From NCBI GenBank assembly GCA_965237415.1, contig CBDEFM010000002.1, positions 1,408,001-1,472,000 on the forward strand: 64,000 nucleotides of DNA, in the 5' to 3' direction. Both the position numbers and the translations under genes were made by a program. Shown here piece by piece: positions 31,863 to 42,663 of the stretch; positions within the stretch are counted from its first letter, which is position 1, and every line of letters begins with the position of its first letter. Source of the DNA: Alphaproteobacteria bacterium. GTDB lineage: Bacteria; Pseudomonadota; Alphaproteobacteria; UBA828. Under the pieces are notes generated by a model. It did not search any database. It was not told where the DNA came from and saw nothing but the letters and a program-made list of their open reading frames with translations.

Positions 31863-32750
31863 ATGACATCCACAGTCTCGGACACCTCACAGAACGCGCG
31901 CGACTACGCCCGTATCGAAGCCGCGATCCTCTATCTGGAAGAACACTTCCGCGATCAACCGGAGCTGGGCGAGGTGGCGGAGGCGGCCGGCCTCGGCCCG
32001 CACCATTTCCAGCGTCTGTTCCGGCGCTGGGCAGGCATCTCGCCCAAGCGCTTCGGCCAGTATCTCACGCTGGACTACGCCAAGGCTCAACTGGAAGACT
32101 CCGCCTCGATCCTCGATGCCGCCTATGACGCGGGCCTCTCGGGCCCCTCACGGCTGCACGATCTCTTCGTCACCTACGAAGCGATGAGCCCCGGCGCCTT
32201 CAAGCGACGCGGCGAGGGCGTGGAAATCGCTTATGGACTGCATCCGAGCCCCTTCGGCCCCTGCTTTGTCGGGCAGACGGAGCGCGGCATCTGCGCCCTG
32301 GGTTTCGCCGATGGTGGCGAAGGCAATGGCGAAGCAGTCCGTGCCGAGTTCGAGCGTCGCTGGCCCGCCGCGCACTTCCGCGAGGATCAGAACGCCACGG
32401 CGGCCGTCGCAGCGCGCATTTTCGGCGAGCGCCCAGCAGACAGCACGCCACTCCGCCTGGCTGTCGCCGGCACCAACTTCCAACTCAAGGTCTGGGAGGC
32501 ACTGCTGCGCATTCCCCCCGGCCGCATCACCTCCTACTACGCGCTCGGCCAGGCGCTGGGGCTGCCGCGTTCGGCCCGCGCGGTGGGCGGCGCCGTTGCC
32601 GCCAACCCGGTCTCCTATCTGATCCCTTGCCACCGGGTGATCCGGCACACGGGCCGCATCTCGCACTATGAGTGGGGCCGCTCCCGCAAGCGTGTCATGC
32701 TGGGCTGGGAGGCGGCGCACTTCGGGCCGGCCGCGAGCGACGGCGCATAA
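31863..32750 (+). CDS. AraC-HTH / methylated-DNA-[protein]-cysteine S-methyltransferase (Ada-like)
   Basis: HFQRLFRRWAGISPKRF HTH, GTNFQLKVWEAL, ARAVG, IPCHRV active site; start ATG 31863 after GGGAGG. Confidence 0.9.
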   Translation: MTSTVSDTSQNARDYARIEAAILYLEEHFRDQPELGEVAEAAGLGPHHFQRLFRRWAGISPKRFGQYLTLDYAKAQLEDSASILDAAYDAGLSGPSRLHDLFVTYEAMSPGAFKRRGEGVEIAYGLHPSPFGPCFVGQTERGICALGFADGGEGNGEAVRAEFERRWPAAHFREDQNATAAVAARIFGERPADSTPLRLAVAGTNFQLKVWEALLRIPPGRITSYYALGQALGLPRSARAVGGAVAANPVSYLIPCHRVIRHTGRISHYEWGRSRKRVMLGWEAAHFGPAASDGA

Positions 32751-32761
32751 GTCGAGCGCCT

Positions 32762-35224
32762 TCAGGCCTGTTTCGCCTGGGCCTCACGGATGAGGGCGCG
32801 GAGTCGGCTCGGCGGTAGCGGCAGGCTGTCGATGGTGACGCCCAGGGGCTTGAGCGCGTCCTCGATGGCGCCGGCGATCGCCGGCGGGGCGCCCATGCGC
32901 CCGCCCTCGCCGCCGCCCTTCACTCCGTACTCGGTGAAGGGGGACGGCGTCTCGACGTGGCCGACGACGATATCGACCGGCGTCTCCTTGATGGTCGGGA
33001 TCAGATAGTCGGTCCAGAGCGCGGTCGTGAGCTGGCCGGCCTCGTCGTAGCTGAACTCTTCGAAGAGCGCGGTGCCGATACCGTTCACCGTGCCGCCCCG
33101 GATGTGCCCCTCTAGCGTCATGGGATTGACCATCGTGCCGCAGTCGTGGACGGCGGCGTAGTGGAGAAACTGCACCTGGCCGGTCTCGATATCGACCTCG
33201 ATCACCGGGATGTGACAGCTATGGCCCATGATCGGATAGAAGATCCCCATGTGCCGCTCGTCGGGGTCCGGGAGCGTCGTCACCGGATGGTCGTAGACGT
33301 AGGTCGCGTCGAGCCCGCTGGTGAGGTCGAGGTCCTCGGGCATGCTGAGCCGGTAGTAGTGCGCCTTGTCGGCGAGCTCGGCGATGCTCATCTTCATGCC
33401 GGGCACGCCCTTGACGTGCACCGCGCCGTCCTCCAGCGCGAGATCGCGGACGTCGGCTTCCATGAGATGCGCGGCGAAGCGGAACAGCTTCTCGCGGATC
33501 TTGCCGGCGGCGCCGACGATGGCGCCGGTCACCATGACCGTGAAGCGGCTGCCGCCCGGCCCGGTCGAGTTGAGGCCCTGGTCGGTGTCCGAATAGGTGA
33601 TCTCGATGTCCGCAGGGTCGATGGTGAGCTGCTCGGCGAGCACCTGGGCCGCCACCGTCTCGGGGCTGTTGCCCCAGAATGGCGAATGCAGCGTGACGAA
33701 GGCCTTGCCGGTGGGGTCGATCTTGACCGAGACCGCGTCGGGCGAGCTAGTCCACTCGACGCCCGGTTCCAGATTCCACATCCAGAACTCGGTGGCGCTG
33801 AAGACGCTCCGCTCCTGGCAGGTGGCGACGCCGATGCCGATGTAGCGGCCCTCAGCCCGCGCCTCGGCCTGCTTTGCCCGCCAGCCGTCCACGTCGGCGA
33901 GCTTCAGCGTCTCGTCGAGCACCGCCTGATAGTTGCCGCTGTCGTACATGTTCCCGGTCGGGATCAGATAGGGGAACTGGTCGGGCTGGATGAAGTTCTG
34001 CCGCCGGAGCACGATCCGGTCGACACCGAGCTCGTCGGCAGCCGCGTCCACCAGCCGTTCGATGACGAAGTTCGCGACCTCGGAGCCGAAGCCGCGATAG
34101 GCGCCCTGCTGGCACTTGTTGGTCAGCACGGCGGCCAGATCGATCTCCACGCTGTTGATGCGGTAGGGACCCACGCATTGCGAGAGCGCGTTGCCGTGCT
34201 GGCCGACGCCGAACTGCAGATAGGCGCCATAGTCGTCGATGATCCGGGTCTTCAGGCTGAGCAGCGTGCCGTCCCGCTTGAGCGCGAGCTTGGCGTAGTA
34301 GACGCGGTCCGACGCGTGATTGTCGCAGCTCGTGGTGTTGTCGATCCGGTCTTCCATGAACTTGACCGGCCGCCCCGCCGCGCGCGCCAGCACCGCGGCC
34401 AGCACCGGGACCTTGTGGACGAACATCTTGCTGCCGAAGCTGCCGCCCGCCAGCGTCGGCACGATGTTGAGCTTGTGGGCCGGCACGCGGAGCGTGCTTG
34501 CGATCATCCAGCCGCAGTAGTTGTACATCGACGTATTGCACTGGATGGTGAAGCGGCCCGCGCCGTCATCGAAGCTCGCCACGGCGCCAACCGTCTCCAG
34601 CGGCTGGCCGCCCGAGCGCGGCCAGCGGAAGCGGCGCTCGATTACCAGATCGGCGGCCGCGAAATCCTCCTCCACCGGCCCGAAGGTGAGCTTGCGCTCA
34701 AGCGCGATATTGGTGTCGCCACGCGCGGGGTGCAGGACGGCATCGCCCGCAGACGTCAGCGCCTCTTCGGGGTCGACGACCGGGGGCAACGGTTCGTATT
34801 CGACCTCGATCAGATCGCACGCGTCCTCGGCGATGTAGCGATCCTCCGCCGCCACCGCCGCCACCGCCTCGCCGACATGGCGCACCCGGTCATGGGCGAT
34901 CACCGACTGGAGCACCGGCGGGCTCGCCCAGGTGGGAAGCGGGTCGCAGACTTTCGCGGCATCGGCGCCGGTCATCACGCAGAGAACGCCAGGGAGCGCT
35001 TGAGCCTTGCTCACGTCGATGGAGACGATCCTGGCATGGGCATGGGGGCTCCGCAGCACCGCCGCGTGCGCCATCTCGGGCACGTTGACATCGTCGGCAT
35101 AAATGCCCTTGCCGACGAGGAGGCGCGGGTCCTCCACCCGCTTCATGCTCTTGCCGATCCATTGCAGGTCGCCGCGCGGTTTCTCCCGCTGCCGGCTCTC
35201 GGGGATATGGCCGCGCTCGCTCAT
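32762..35224 (-). CDS. Molybdenum hydroxylase large subunit L1 (xanthine dehydrogenase family)
   Basis: RVEDPRLL, LRSPHAHA, GGSFGSK, GAYRGFG, DCGTMVNP, KGGGEGG; start MSERGH at 35224 overlapping the small-subunit stop. Confidence 0.93.
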   Translation of the reverse strand: MSERGHIPESRQREKPRGDLQWIGKSMKRVEDPRLLVGKGIYADDVNVPEMAHAAVLRSPHAHARIVSIDVSKAQALPGVLCVMTGADAAKVCDPLPTWASPPVLQSVIAHDRVRHVGEAVAAVAAEDRYIAEDACDLIEVEYEPLPPVVDPEEALTSAGDAVLHPARGDTNIALERKLTFGPVEEDFAAADLVIERRFRWPRSGGQPLETVGAVASFDDGAGRFTIQCNTSMYNYCGWMIASTLRVPAHKLNIVPTLAGGSFGSKMFVHKVPVLAAVLARAAGRPVKFMEDRIDNTTSCDNHASDRVYYAKLALKRDGTLLSLKTRIIDDYGAYLQFGVGQHGNALSQCVGPYRINSVEIDLAAVLTNKCQQGAYRGFGSEVANFVIERLVDAAADELGVDRIVLRRQNFIQPDQFPYLIPTGNMYDSGNYQAVLDETLKLADVDGWRAKQAEARAEGRYIGIGVATCQERSVFSATEFWMWNLEPGVEWTSSPDAVSVKIDPTGKAFVTLHSPFWGNSPETVAAQVLAEQLTIDPADIEITYSDTDQGLNSTGPGGSRFTVMVTGAIVGAAGKIREKLFRFAAHLMEADVRDLALEDGAVHVKGVPGMKMSIAELADKAHYYRLSMPEDLDLTSGLDATYVYDHPVTTLPDPDERHMGIFYPIMGHSCHIPVIEVDIETGQVQFLHYAAVHDCGTMVNPMTLEGHIRGGTVNGIGTALFEEFSYDEAGQLTTALWTDYLIPTIKETPVDIVVGHVETPSPFTEYGVKGGGEGGRMGAPPAIAGAIEDALKPLGVTIDSLPLPPSRLRALIREAQAKQA

Positions 35225-35703
35225 GGGCCGTCCTCCCGCATCAGGCGTGCCGCGTGCTGGATCGACTCCACGATGGTCTGATAGCCGGTGCAGCGACAGA
35301 GATTGCCGGAGATGGTGTCGCGGATATCGTCGACGGAGGGGTCGGGGTTCCGCTTCAGGAGCTCGACCGCGGTCATCAGCATCCCCGGCGTGCAGAAGCC
35401 GCACTGAAGGCCGTGCTTCTCCCAGAACGCCTGCTGCACCGGGTGCATCGCGTCGACCGTGCCGAGACCCTCGATGGTCCCGATCTCGGCGCCGTCCGCC
35501 ATTACTGCGAAGGTGAGGCAGGAGCGGGCGGTGACGCCGTCCATCATCACCGTGCAAGAGCCGCAGACGCCGTGCTCGCAGCCGACATGGGTGCCGGTGA
35601 GGCGCAGGTCGTCGCGCAGGAAGTCGCTGAGCAACCGGCGCGGCTCGACCGTGCGCTCGTAGGCCCTGCCGTTGACGGTGACGCCGATCGTCTCGCGCTC
35701 CAT
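35221..35703 (-). CDS. 2Fe-2S small subunit S1
   Basis: [27 protein letters not shown]. Confidence 0.95.
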   Translation of the reverse strand: MERETIGVTVNGRAYERTVEPRRLLSDFLRDDLRLTGTHVGCEHGVCGSCTVMMDGVTARSCLTFAVMADGAEIGTIEGLGTVDAMHPVQQAFWEKHGLQCGFCTPGMLMTAVELLKRNPDPSVDDIRDTISGNLCRCTGYQTIVESIQHAARLMREDGP

Positions 35704-35715
35704 TGCCCTACCCTC

Positions 35716-36573
35716 TCAGGAACAGCGCTCGACGGCCCGGCGCAGCGTCCGCCGGGTGAGCGCGGCGATGGCTTCGCGCCGGTAGGCGGCATCGGCGTGG
35801 CTGTCGCTGTGGGGATCGACCGCGCCCGCGGCCGCGGCTGCCGCGCGATCGAGGCTTGCATCGTCGATGGGCCTGCCGATGAGCGCCTCCTCCGCCGGCA
35901 CAAGCCGCGCCGCGTGCTCGCCGACCCCGCTCGCCACCACGCGCGCCGCCCGGCAGTGGCCGTTGGCAAGCCGCAGCGTCGTCGCGATCACTGCGATGGC
36001 GAAGTCGCCGTGCCGGTTGCTGATCTCGGCGAAGGCCCAGCCGTGGGCGCCGCGGCCGGGAATGCGAGTCTCCACCAGCATCTCGTCCTGCTGGGCCGCG
36101 GTTTCGTAGGTGCCGAGGAAGAAGTCCTCCGCCGCGACCTCGCGGCTGCCGCGCAGGCTCCGCAGCACCAGCGTGGCGCCCACGGCGATCATCACCGCCG
36201 GCGTCTCCGAGGAAGGGTCGGCGTGGCAAAGGTTGCCGCCGAGGGTGCCGCGGTTGCGCACCGTGTGGTGCGCGATGGATTCATAAGCTTCCGTCAGCAG
36301 CGGGCAGCGCGCCCCGACCAGCGGCGAATGCTTGACGTCGTTGTGCCGGGCAAGGGCGCCGATGGCGATGCCGTCGCCATCCTCCCCGATGTAGCCCAGG
36401 TCGGGAACGCGGTTGATGTCGATCAGGCAGGCGGGCTTGACGAGCCTGAGGTTCATCATGGCAATCAGGCTCTGGCCGCCCGCAAGGATCCGGGCATCGG
36501 GGTTGTCGGCTAGCGCTTGTAGTGCGTCGTCGACGCTCGCAGCGCGCAGGTAGCGGAAGCGCGGCGGCTTCAT
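35716..36573 (-). CDS. FAD-binding medium subunit M1
   Basis: MKPPRF.Y, AGGQSL, RNRGTLGGN..HADP, RHGDFA. Confidence 0.93.
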   Translation of the reverse strand: MKPPRFRYLRAASVDDALQALADNPDARILAGGQSLIAMMNLRLVKPACLIDINRVPDLGYIGEDGDGIAIGALARHNDVKHSPLVGARCPLLTEAYESIAHHTVRNRGTLGGNLCHADPSSETPAVMIAVGATLVLRSLRGSREVAAEDFFLGTYETAAQQDEMLVETRIPGRGAHGWAFAEISNRHGDFAIAVIATTLRLANGHCRAARVVASGVGEHAARLVPAEEALIGRPIDDASLDRAAAAAAGAVDPHSDSHADAAYRREAIAALTRRTLRRAVERCS

Positions 36574-37370
36574 CGAGCGAGCGCCGCGCGGACAGCGCGC
36601 TTCGCCATCACGCCGACGAGGTGCGCGCGGTAGTCCTTGTCGGCGTGCAGGTCCTCATTGAGCCCTTCGCTATCCACCGCAATGCCAGAGACCGCCTCTT
36701 CGGTGAAGTTGGCCGCGAGCGCCGCCTCCATTTCCGGCACGCGGAAGACGTGGGACCTGGCGCCCGTGACGGCGAGGCGCACCCTGCCGCCTGCCAGCGA
36801 CACCATCACCGCGACCACGGCGAAGCGCGAAGCCTGGTTGCCGAACTTGGCCCAGCCCGCGCGCTCGGGGATCGGGAAGTCGACCGAGACCACGATCTCG
36901 CCGTCCACCAGCGCGGTCTCGTAAAGCCCGGTGAAGAAGTCGTCGGCGGCAATCGTCCGCCGGTCGGTGTTAACTGTGGCCCCCAGACCGAGCAGGCCAG
37001 CCGGGTAGTCGGCCGCCGGGTCGGCGAAGCAGATCGAGCCGCCGATGGTGCCGCGGTTGCGCACCTGCACGTCGCCGATGGAACCCGCGAGCGCCGCGAG
37101 CGCGGGGATCGCCCCCCTCACCTCGGGCGATTCTGCGACCGCCACGTGCCGGGTCATGGCGCCAATCCGAATATGCCCATCCTGCCGCTCGATCCCGGCC
37201 AGCGCGTCGATGCCGTTGAGATCCACCAGGTCATCACAGGGGGCAAGGCGGAAGCGCATCGTCGGGATCAGGCTCATGCCGCCGGCGAGCAGCCGGCCGT
37301 CCGCGCTCGCGGCGAGACGGGCCTTGGCGTCGTCGAGCGAGGCGGGCCGGTGGTAGGCGAAGGGATACAT
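36570..37370 (-). CDS. FAD-binding medium subunit M2 (CoxM-like)
   Basis: MYPFAYHRP, AGGMSL, VRNRGTIGGS, DPAADYPA, ASRFA, YRAHL; start 37370. Confidence 0.92.
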   Translation of the reverse strand: MYPFAYHRPASLDDAKARLAASADGRLLAGGMSLIPTMRFRLAPCDDLVDLNGIDALAGIERQDGHIRIGAMTRHVAVAESPEVRGAIPALAALAGSIGDVQVRNRGTIGGSICFADPAADYPAGLLGLGATVNTDRRTIAADDFFTGLYETALVDGEIVVSVDFPIPERAGWAKFGNQASRFAVVAVMVSLAGGRVRLAVTGARSHVFRVPEMEAALAANFTEEAVSGIAVDSEGLNEDLHADKDYRAHLVGVMAKRAVRAALAR

Positions 37371-37381
37371 CGTGCGCCCCC

Positions 37382-37882
37382 TCAGCCGCTGGCTTCGCGC
37401 CCGCGCGCGTGGGCGCGCGACGCCTTGGCGCCGGCGGCGATGGATTCGACGATGTTGTGATAGCCCGTGCAGCGGCAGAGATTGCCTTCGAGCTCGCTGC
37501 GGATCGTCGCTTCGTCGGGCGCCTCGTGGCGGTTTGCGATGTCGATCCCCATCATCACGATGCCGGGGGTGCAGAAGCCGCACTGCAGGCCGTGATGCTC
37601 CTTGAACGCGGCCTGCATCGGGTGCAGCCCGTCCGGCCCGGCGATGCCCTCGATGGTGGTGACCTCGGCGCCCTCCAGTTGCACCGCCAGCAGCGCGCAG
37701 GACTTCACCGGCTTGCCGTCGAGGTGGACGGTGCAGGCCCCGCACTGGCTGGTGTCGCAGCCGACATGGGTGCCGGTGAGCCTGAGCTCCTCGCGCAGGA
37801 AGTGGACCAGGAGCGTGCGCGGATCGACCGCCGCCGCGACCTCCCGGCCGTTCACGGTGAAGGTGACCGACGCCTTGTCCAT
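37382..37882 (-). CDS. 2Fe-2S small subunit S2 (CoxS-like)
   Basis: [34 protein letters not shown]. Confidence 0.95.
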   Translation of the reverse strand: MDKASVTFTVNGREVAAAVDPRTLLVHFLREELRLTGTHVGCDTSQCGACTVHLDGKPVKSCALLAVQLEGAEVTTIEGIAGPDGLHPMQAAFKEHHGLQCGFCTPGIVMMGIDIANRHEAPDEATIRSELEGNLCRCTGYHNIVESIAAGAKASRAHARGREASG

Positions 37883-37910
37883 CGCTTCTCCCTCGCGACC
37901 GATCGCGGCG

Positions 37911-40280
37911 CTAGTGCTGCGCCCGCCTCGCGTCCTCGATGGCGCGCCAGATCTTCTTGGGCGTCATCGGCTGCGTGATCTGGCGCACGCCGAGATGCCA
38001 GAGCGCATCGATCACCCCGTTGCAGATGCAGGCGGGCGCGCCGATGGTGCCGCTCTCGCCCGCACCCTTGGCACCCAGCGGATTGCCGAGCGCCCTGGTG
38101 AAGTGCGAATCGAGGCCGAAGGAGGGCACGTCCTCGGCGTGGGGCACGGCGTAATCCATGAACGTGCCCGAGAGGTACTGGCCGGTCTCGGAATCGTAGG
38201 CGCATTCCTCCATCAGCGCCTGGCCGATGCCCTGGACCAGACCGCCGTGAACCTGCCCCTCAAGCACCATGGGATTGATGACCGTGCCGACATCGTCCAC
38301 CGCCCAGTAGTTGCGGAGCGTCACGGCGCAGGTCTCGGGATCGACGAGCACGACGCAGAGATGAACCGCCGAGGGATAGGTGCAATCGGCGGGGTCGAAG
38401 AACGAGGTCTCCTCCAGGCCGATCTCCAGGTCCGACGGCCGGTCGCCGGAATGGTAGGCGGCGTTGGCCACCTCCGAGAACGCGAGCCTCCTGTCCGTGC
38501 CCTTGACCGTGAACTCGCCGTCGGCGAGGTCGAGGTCTTCGGGCGCGCACTCCATCATGTGCGCCGCGAGCCGCTTGGCCTTCGCCACCACCCGGTCGGC
38601 GGCGGTGTAGACCGCCATGCCGGCGGTGGAAAGCGAGCGCGAGCCCCAGGTGCCGATGCCCATGGGCACCCGGTCGGTATCGCCCTCGACCACGTCGATG
38701 TGGTCGATGTCGCAGCCGAGGCGATCGGCGGCGATCTGGCTCCAGGTGGTTTCGTGGCCCTGCCCGTGGCTGTGGCTGCCGGCGAACACGGTGATGCGCC
38801 CGTCCGGATGGACGCGCACGCTGGCGACGTCGTAGCAGCCGACCTTGGCGCCGAGGTCGTTCATCATCTTCACCGGGCCGGCGCCGGCCATGTCGAAGAA
38901 GGCCGAGATGCCGATGCCCATCCACTGCCCTTCTGCCCTGAGCGCCGCCTGCTCCGCGCGGAGCGCATCGTAGTCGCAAAGCGCCTTGATCTTCGCCATG
39001 AGCGCGGGCGGATCGCCGGAATCGTAGGTGATGCCGAGGGCGGTCTGGTAGGGGAACTTCTCGGGGGGGATCAGGTTGCGGGCGCGGAGCTCCAACGGGT
39101 CGATGCCCATCTCCTGCGCGCCGTTCTCGATCATGCGCTCCACCTGATAGACCGCCTCGGGCCGGCCGGCGCCGCGATACGCGTCCACCGGCGTCGCGTT
39201 GGTGTAGACGGCGCGCACGGTGGTGTGGATCGCCGGGATGTCGTAGGCGAGCGAGAGCATGGTGAAGTGGTAGGCGTTGGTAATGCTCGCCTGCCACTGG
39301 CTCTCGTAGGCGCCGAAGGCGGCCAGGGTCTCGAACTTCACGCCGAGGATCTTGCCGCTCTCATCGAATCCCATGCGGCCGACCGTGTGGTGGTCCCTGG
39401 CGTGGGTGTCGCCCAGCAGGCATTCGGAGCGCGTGCCCACCCAGCGCACCGGCCGGTCGCAGACGATGGCGCCCCAGAGCACCAGCGCCTCCTCGGGATA
39501 GTGGTAGAGCTTCATGCCGAAGCCGCCGCCGACGTCCGGTGCGATGACCCTGAGCTTGTGCTCGGGGATGTGCAGCGACTTGGTGAAGTAGCGGCGCACG
39601 ATGTGCGGCGCCTGGTTGGTGGTCCACACCGTGTAGCGGTCGTTGACCCGGTCGTAGTGGCCCAGATAGCAGCGGGGCTCCATCGAGGCGGCGGTGATGC
39701 GGTTGGAGGGCACCGCGACCTCGGTCACGTGATGGGCCTTCGCCAGCGCGGCCTCGGTCTCCTCCTTGAGCCCATGCTCGGTGACCAGCACCTCGTTGGT
39801 GCCGAAGCCGGGATGCACGAGCGGGGTCTCGGGGTCGAGCGCGCTCGCGGTGAGGATGTTGGCCGGCTTCTCCTCATACGTGACCTCGACCGCCTCGGCG
39901 GCATCGAGGGCCTGATGACGGTCCTCGGCGACGACCATGGCGACGATCTCACCGACGCAGCGGACCACGCCGTCGACGCAGATGAGCGGCCGGTAGGCGG
40001 TACGGGCGTCCGCGCCGCTCCTGTCCTTGACCGGCCAGACGCCCTCGGCCTCACCATGGCCGGCTTGGGTCCAGTCCTTGCCGGTGAGCACCGAGAGCAC
40101 CCCCGGCATGGATGCGGCCCGCGACGTATCGACGCGCGTCACCGCAGCATGGGCATGGGGATTGCGGACGAAGGCGGCATGGGCAATCGGCTGGTCGAGG
40201 GTCACATCCTCGACGAAGCGGCCGCGCCCCCGGAGGAAGCGCTCGTCCTCCCGGCGCAGAATCGCCTGACCGACGTACAT
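37911..40280 (-). CDS. Molybdenum hydroxylase large subunit L2, form II CoxL-like
   Basis: [21 protein letters not shown], active-site loop [23 protein letters not shown]. Confidence 0.93.
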   Translation of the reverse strand: MYVGQAILRREDERFLRGRGRFVEDVTLDQPIAHAAFVRNPHAHAAVTRVDTSRAASMPGVLSVLTGKDWTQAGHGEAEGVWPVKDRSGADARTAYRPLICVDGVVRCVGEIVAMVVAEDRHQALDAAEAVEVTYEEKPANILTASALDPETPLVHPGFGTNEVLVTEHGLKEETEAALAKAHHVTEVAVPSNRITAASMEPRCYLGHYDRVNDRYTVWTTNQAPHIVRRYFTKSLHIPEHKLRVIAPDVGGGFGMKLYHYPEEALVLWGAIVCDRPVRWVGTRSECLLGDTHARDHHTVGRMGFDESGKILGVKFETLAAFGAYESQWQASITNAYHFTMLSLAYDIPAIHTTVRAVYTNATPVDAYRGAGRPEAVYQVERMIENGAQEMGIDPLELRARNLIPPEKFPYQTALGITYDSGDPPALMAKIKALCDYDALRAEQAALRAEGQWMGIGISAFFDMAGAGPVKMMNDLGAKVGCYDVASVRVHPDGRITVFAGSHSHGQGHETTWSQIAADRLGCDIDHIDVVEGDTDRVPMGIGTWGSRSLSTAGMAVYTAADRVVAKAKRLAAHMMECAPEDLDLADGEFTVKGTDRRLAFSEVANAAYHSGDRPSDLEIGLEETSFFDPADCTYPSAVHLCVVLVDPETCAVTLRNYWAVDDVGTVINPMVLEGQVHGGLVQGIGQALMEECAYDSETGQYLSGTFMDYAVPHAEDVPSFGLDSHFTRALGNPLGAKGAGESGTIGAPACICNGVIDALWHLGVRQITQPMTPKKIWRAIEDARRAQH

Positions 40281-40320
40281 GGACCCCCTCCCTGCGCGCG
40301 TGCCGCTCTTGCCGGCGGCC
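40235..40320 (-). repeat. Repeat unit B, copy 1 (L2 upstream region and first 15 codons); copy 2 at 42463-42546
   Basis: atcgcctgaccgacgtacatgg(a)ccccctccc..gcgcgcgt.ccgctctt.ccggcggc shared with 42489-42546. Confidence 0.9.
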
Positions 40321-40608
40321 GCCCCGCGCTTGCGCCTTGCTCTCTATCGAATACCTTATCAGGATCAGTCGCTCTCGCACCACTGAGCAAGAGCACCGAA
40401 GCCGCAGAATGAGCAGCAGGGTTTCCGAGCCAGCGTTCCGGATCGTTATGACCGTCCTCGACGAAATCACCAATGACCACGCCAACAACCAGAAGGCTGC
40501 TTTAGCATCCCCCGCTCTAACCAGTCACTGGGGTCGCGGTGTCCCACGATCTCGACCTACCACACCCACTTTTTCATGCAGCTCCAACGAAAGCACTCGT
40601 GCATTCTT

Positions 40609-41397
40609 CTATTTATCCTTGTTGGTCCCAGCTTCCTTGCTCAAGATAAACACTTTGTAAGGCTCAATCTCCGCATAAGCCTTGGACAACCCAACCCACC
40701 CCTTATTGTGAAACAGGCTGCTGAGAGTGCAAAATGCCTCCCTCAAACGAAGTAGTTTCTCGCCCACAACCTCATGTTCTAAACCCGCCGCCAGTTTACT
40801 TTGGATTACTTGGAGAGCCGGATCATTCAAGACTTCATTGGAATCCAGATCAAGCTTCGTCTGTGCAGCACCAGCTCCAACAATCGGCAACTGAGTTCCG
40901 ACATATCTTTTTGGCTGCCACCAATGGTTCTTCCCTGAAAATTCTATTATCGCAAAAGGAACATCAACATTTCCTTCTGTTGGAACACCAACATTCTCTT
41001 TTGCAATTACCTTGCCCCAATCGCTAAAGTCGCCGGCTTCATTAATCTCCAAGTAATTCTTTTGCCACTCGGCCCAAATTGACTCAGGCTCATATGCATA
41101 TCTGACCTTTTCGAGCGAAGGTGCCGATTCCTCCTTTCCGAACAGAGCCTTATTGACCCGAGCCCACCCCTCCCCGAACGTCAACGATCGCGCGGAATAA
41201 TATTCATCTTTCTCGAAGCCTCCAGAAATCGCTTCAATAGCATAGGGCCCCACACAAACGTCCTGTATCAGTCCCATATTAGTTAACGAAAGGTCAACTG
41301 CCTGTTCATCCGCTACTGAAATTGCTGGTATCACCAGTACAAGGCCCATTGCCGCCCTAGCATAAATCTTGCGGAGTTCTGTTCCCAAAGCACTCAC
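40609..41397 (-). CDS. Hypothetical exported protein
   Basis: Long ORF in low-GC DNA; GTG 41397 with GGGAG RBS 4 nt after the upstream stop; signal-like RKIYARAAMGLVLVIPAISVA-DEQ; no recognisable family. Confidence 0.65.
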   Translation of the reverse strand: MSALGTELRKIYARAAMGLVLVIPAISVADEQAVDLSLTNMGLIQDVCVGPYAIEAISGGFEKDEYYSARSLTFGEGWARVNKALFGKEESAPSLEKVRYAYEPESIWAEWQKNYLEINEAGDFSDWGKVIAKENVGVPTEGNVDVPFAIIEFSGKNHWWQPKRYVGTQLPIVGAGAAQTKLDLDSNEVLNDPALQVIQSKLAAGLEHEVVGEKLLRLREAFCTLSSLFHNKGWVGLSKAYAEIEPYKVFILSKEAGTNKDK

Positions 41398-41401
41398 GGC
41401 T

Positions 41402-41803
41402 TTACTCCCGAAGCAGCTCAGAGACAAGACCTGCCACCAAATAGGTAAATGCAGGCAACATAGCTCCATATACAAAGTGCCGAACTAATGATCCCGTTCG
41501 GATTCCAAAAGCCACAATCGCCGCAAAAATTGAGGAATAAACCACAATAGCAATCAATAGATACAGCCCTAATAGATTTAGATCGATGAAGCCAATATCA
41601 ACATGCCCTTGGGCAGAGCCGACTATCACAATTGCAAAATGCAATACTAGGCATCCCCAAAGTGCCACAAGGAACCGAGAAAGAATGTTGTGGGTACTAC
41701 CGTCACCACGAAGAAACTCGACTAGAAGGCTGATCATGCTTGACGCTGTCACGTCTTGCTTCCTTGCCTCACACTTGTTATCGGTTCCCCGGACACGCCA
41801 CAC
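41402..41803 (-). CDS. Hypothetical membrane protein (about 3 TM)
   Basis: Three hydrophobic stretches; probably co-transcribed with the downstream ORF. Confidence 0.6.
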   Translation of the reverse strand: MWRVRGTDNKCEARKQDVTASSMISLLVEFLRGDGSTHNILSRFLVALWGCLVLHFAIVIVGSAQGHVDIGFIDLNLLGLYLLIAIVVYSSIFAAIVAFGIRTGSLVRHFVYGAMLPAFTYLVAGLVSELLRE

Positions 41804-42172
41804 GGGCTTACCACCTCTCCACAGCCTCCTGTGGTCGCATACATTTTCAACGTCAGTGCAAAATGCTCAGAAATATACAACGCAAATTCTAGGCTAATAC
41901 CATAAAGTTGAGAACAGTCAAAAAACAATCCCTCTGAGATTTATCCAGTCCAATTAAAGTCCTCCACACCTATTGCGAGACAATATAGCAAGACCGCCAG
42001 GAAATTCAAGCACTCGTTGTGCGTAGGACAGCTTCAAGACGAGAAGAAATAGAACTCCGCATTCCTCTGCGCCGCGTGTAACACTTGTCGCACGGATTCT
42101 GACATTTTCGCGCGGCGCTGGTAAGCGCGCGAACTGTGGGGTGCGCACCACGGTGTCGAACGGCGCCGGTAC

Positions 42173-42508
42173 TCACCCCCCGTTCGCCTCCGCCTCGCGG
42201 ATCATGCCGCGCAGCACCTTGGGCGTGAGCGGGAGCGAGTCCACCTTGACGCCCAAGGGCTTGAGCGCGTCCTCGACCGCCGCGGCGATCGCCGGCGGCG
42301 CGCCCATGCGCCCGCCTTCGCCGCCGCCCTTGATGCCGTACTCGGTGAAGGGCGACGGCGTCTCCACATGGCCCACGCGGATGTGGACCGGGGTCTCCAT
42401 CAGGGTCGGGTGCAGATAATCGCTCAGCAGCACGTTCTGTAGCTGGCCGTTCTCGTCATAGTGGAAGTGCTCGTCCGCCCAGCGCAGGATCGCCTGACCG
42501 ACGTACAT
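42173..42508 (-). pseudogene. Chimeric Mo-hydroxylase mini-gene: L2 N-terminus fused in frame to an L3-type C-terminus (111 aa)
   Basis: MYVGQAILR(WA)D matches the L2 start; EHFHYDENGQ...GMIREAEANGG matches the last ~99 aa of L3; RBS GGAGG retained. Confidence 0.88.
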
Positions 42509-42663
42509 GGCCCCCTCCCCGCGCGCGTACCGCTCTTCCCGGCGGCTGACCGACACTTGTGTGTCGTTTCTCCGTTCAACAATATCAGCGCCGGACGTCA
42601 TAGCAACATGGTTGCCTGCTACTGCCCGCGCGGCGGCCAACTGCAACAGTGTGAGGATTGGAA

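Larger units (their letters stand above)
40330..42165. other. Low-GC inserted islet
   Basis: Abrupt shift to AT-richer sequence (roughly 50% GC by eye versus about 70% in flanks), bounded by duplicated segments. Confidence 0.85.

Noticed and set aside
37911-40280. Aerobic CO dehydrogenase (form I CoxL)
   Set aside because: The active-site loop is AYRGAGR, not AYxCSFR, and no coxDEFG genes are present; CO oxidation cannot be claimed.
40202-40600. Small ORFs at the left edge of the low-GC islet
   Set aside because: Short, overlapping, without RBS or recognisable motifs; possibly decayed sequence but not supportable.
40500-40630. Integron attC site after the low-GC cassette (CTCTAAC near 40515)
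   Set aside because: No matching RYYYAAC/GTTRRRY pair with internal complementarity, and no integron integrase in the window.
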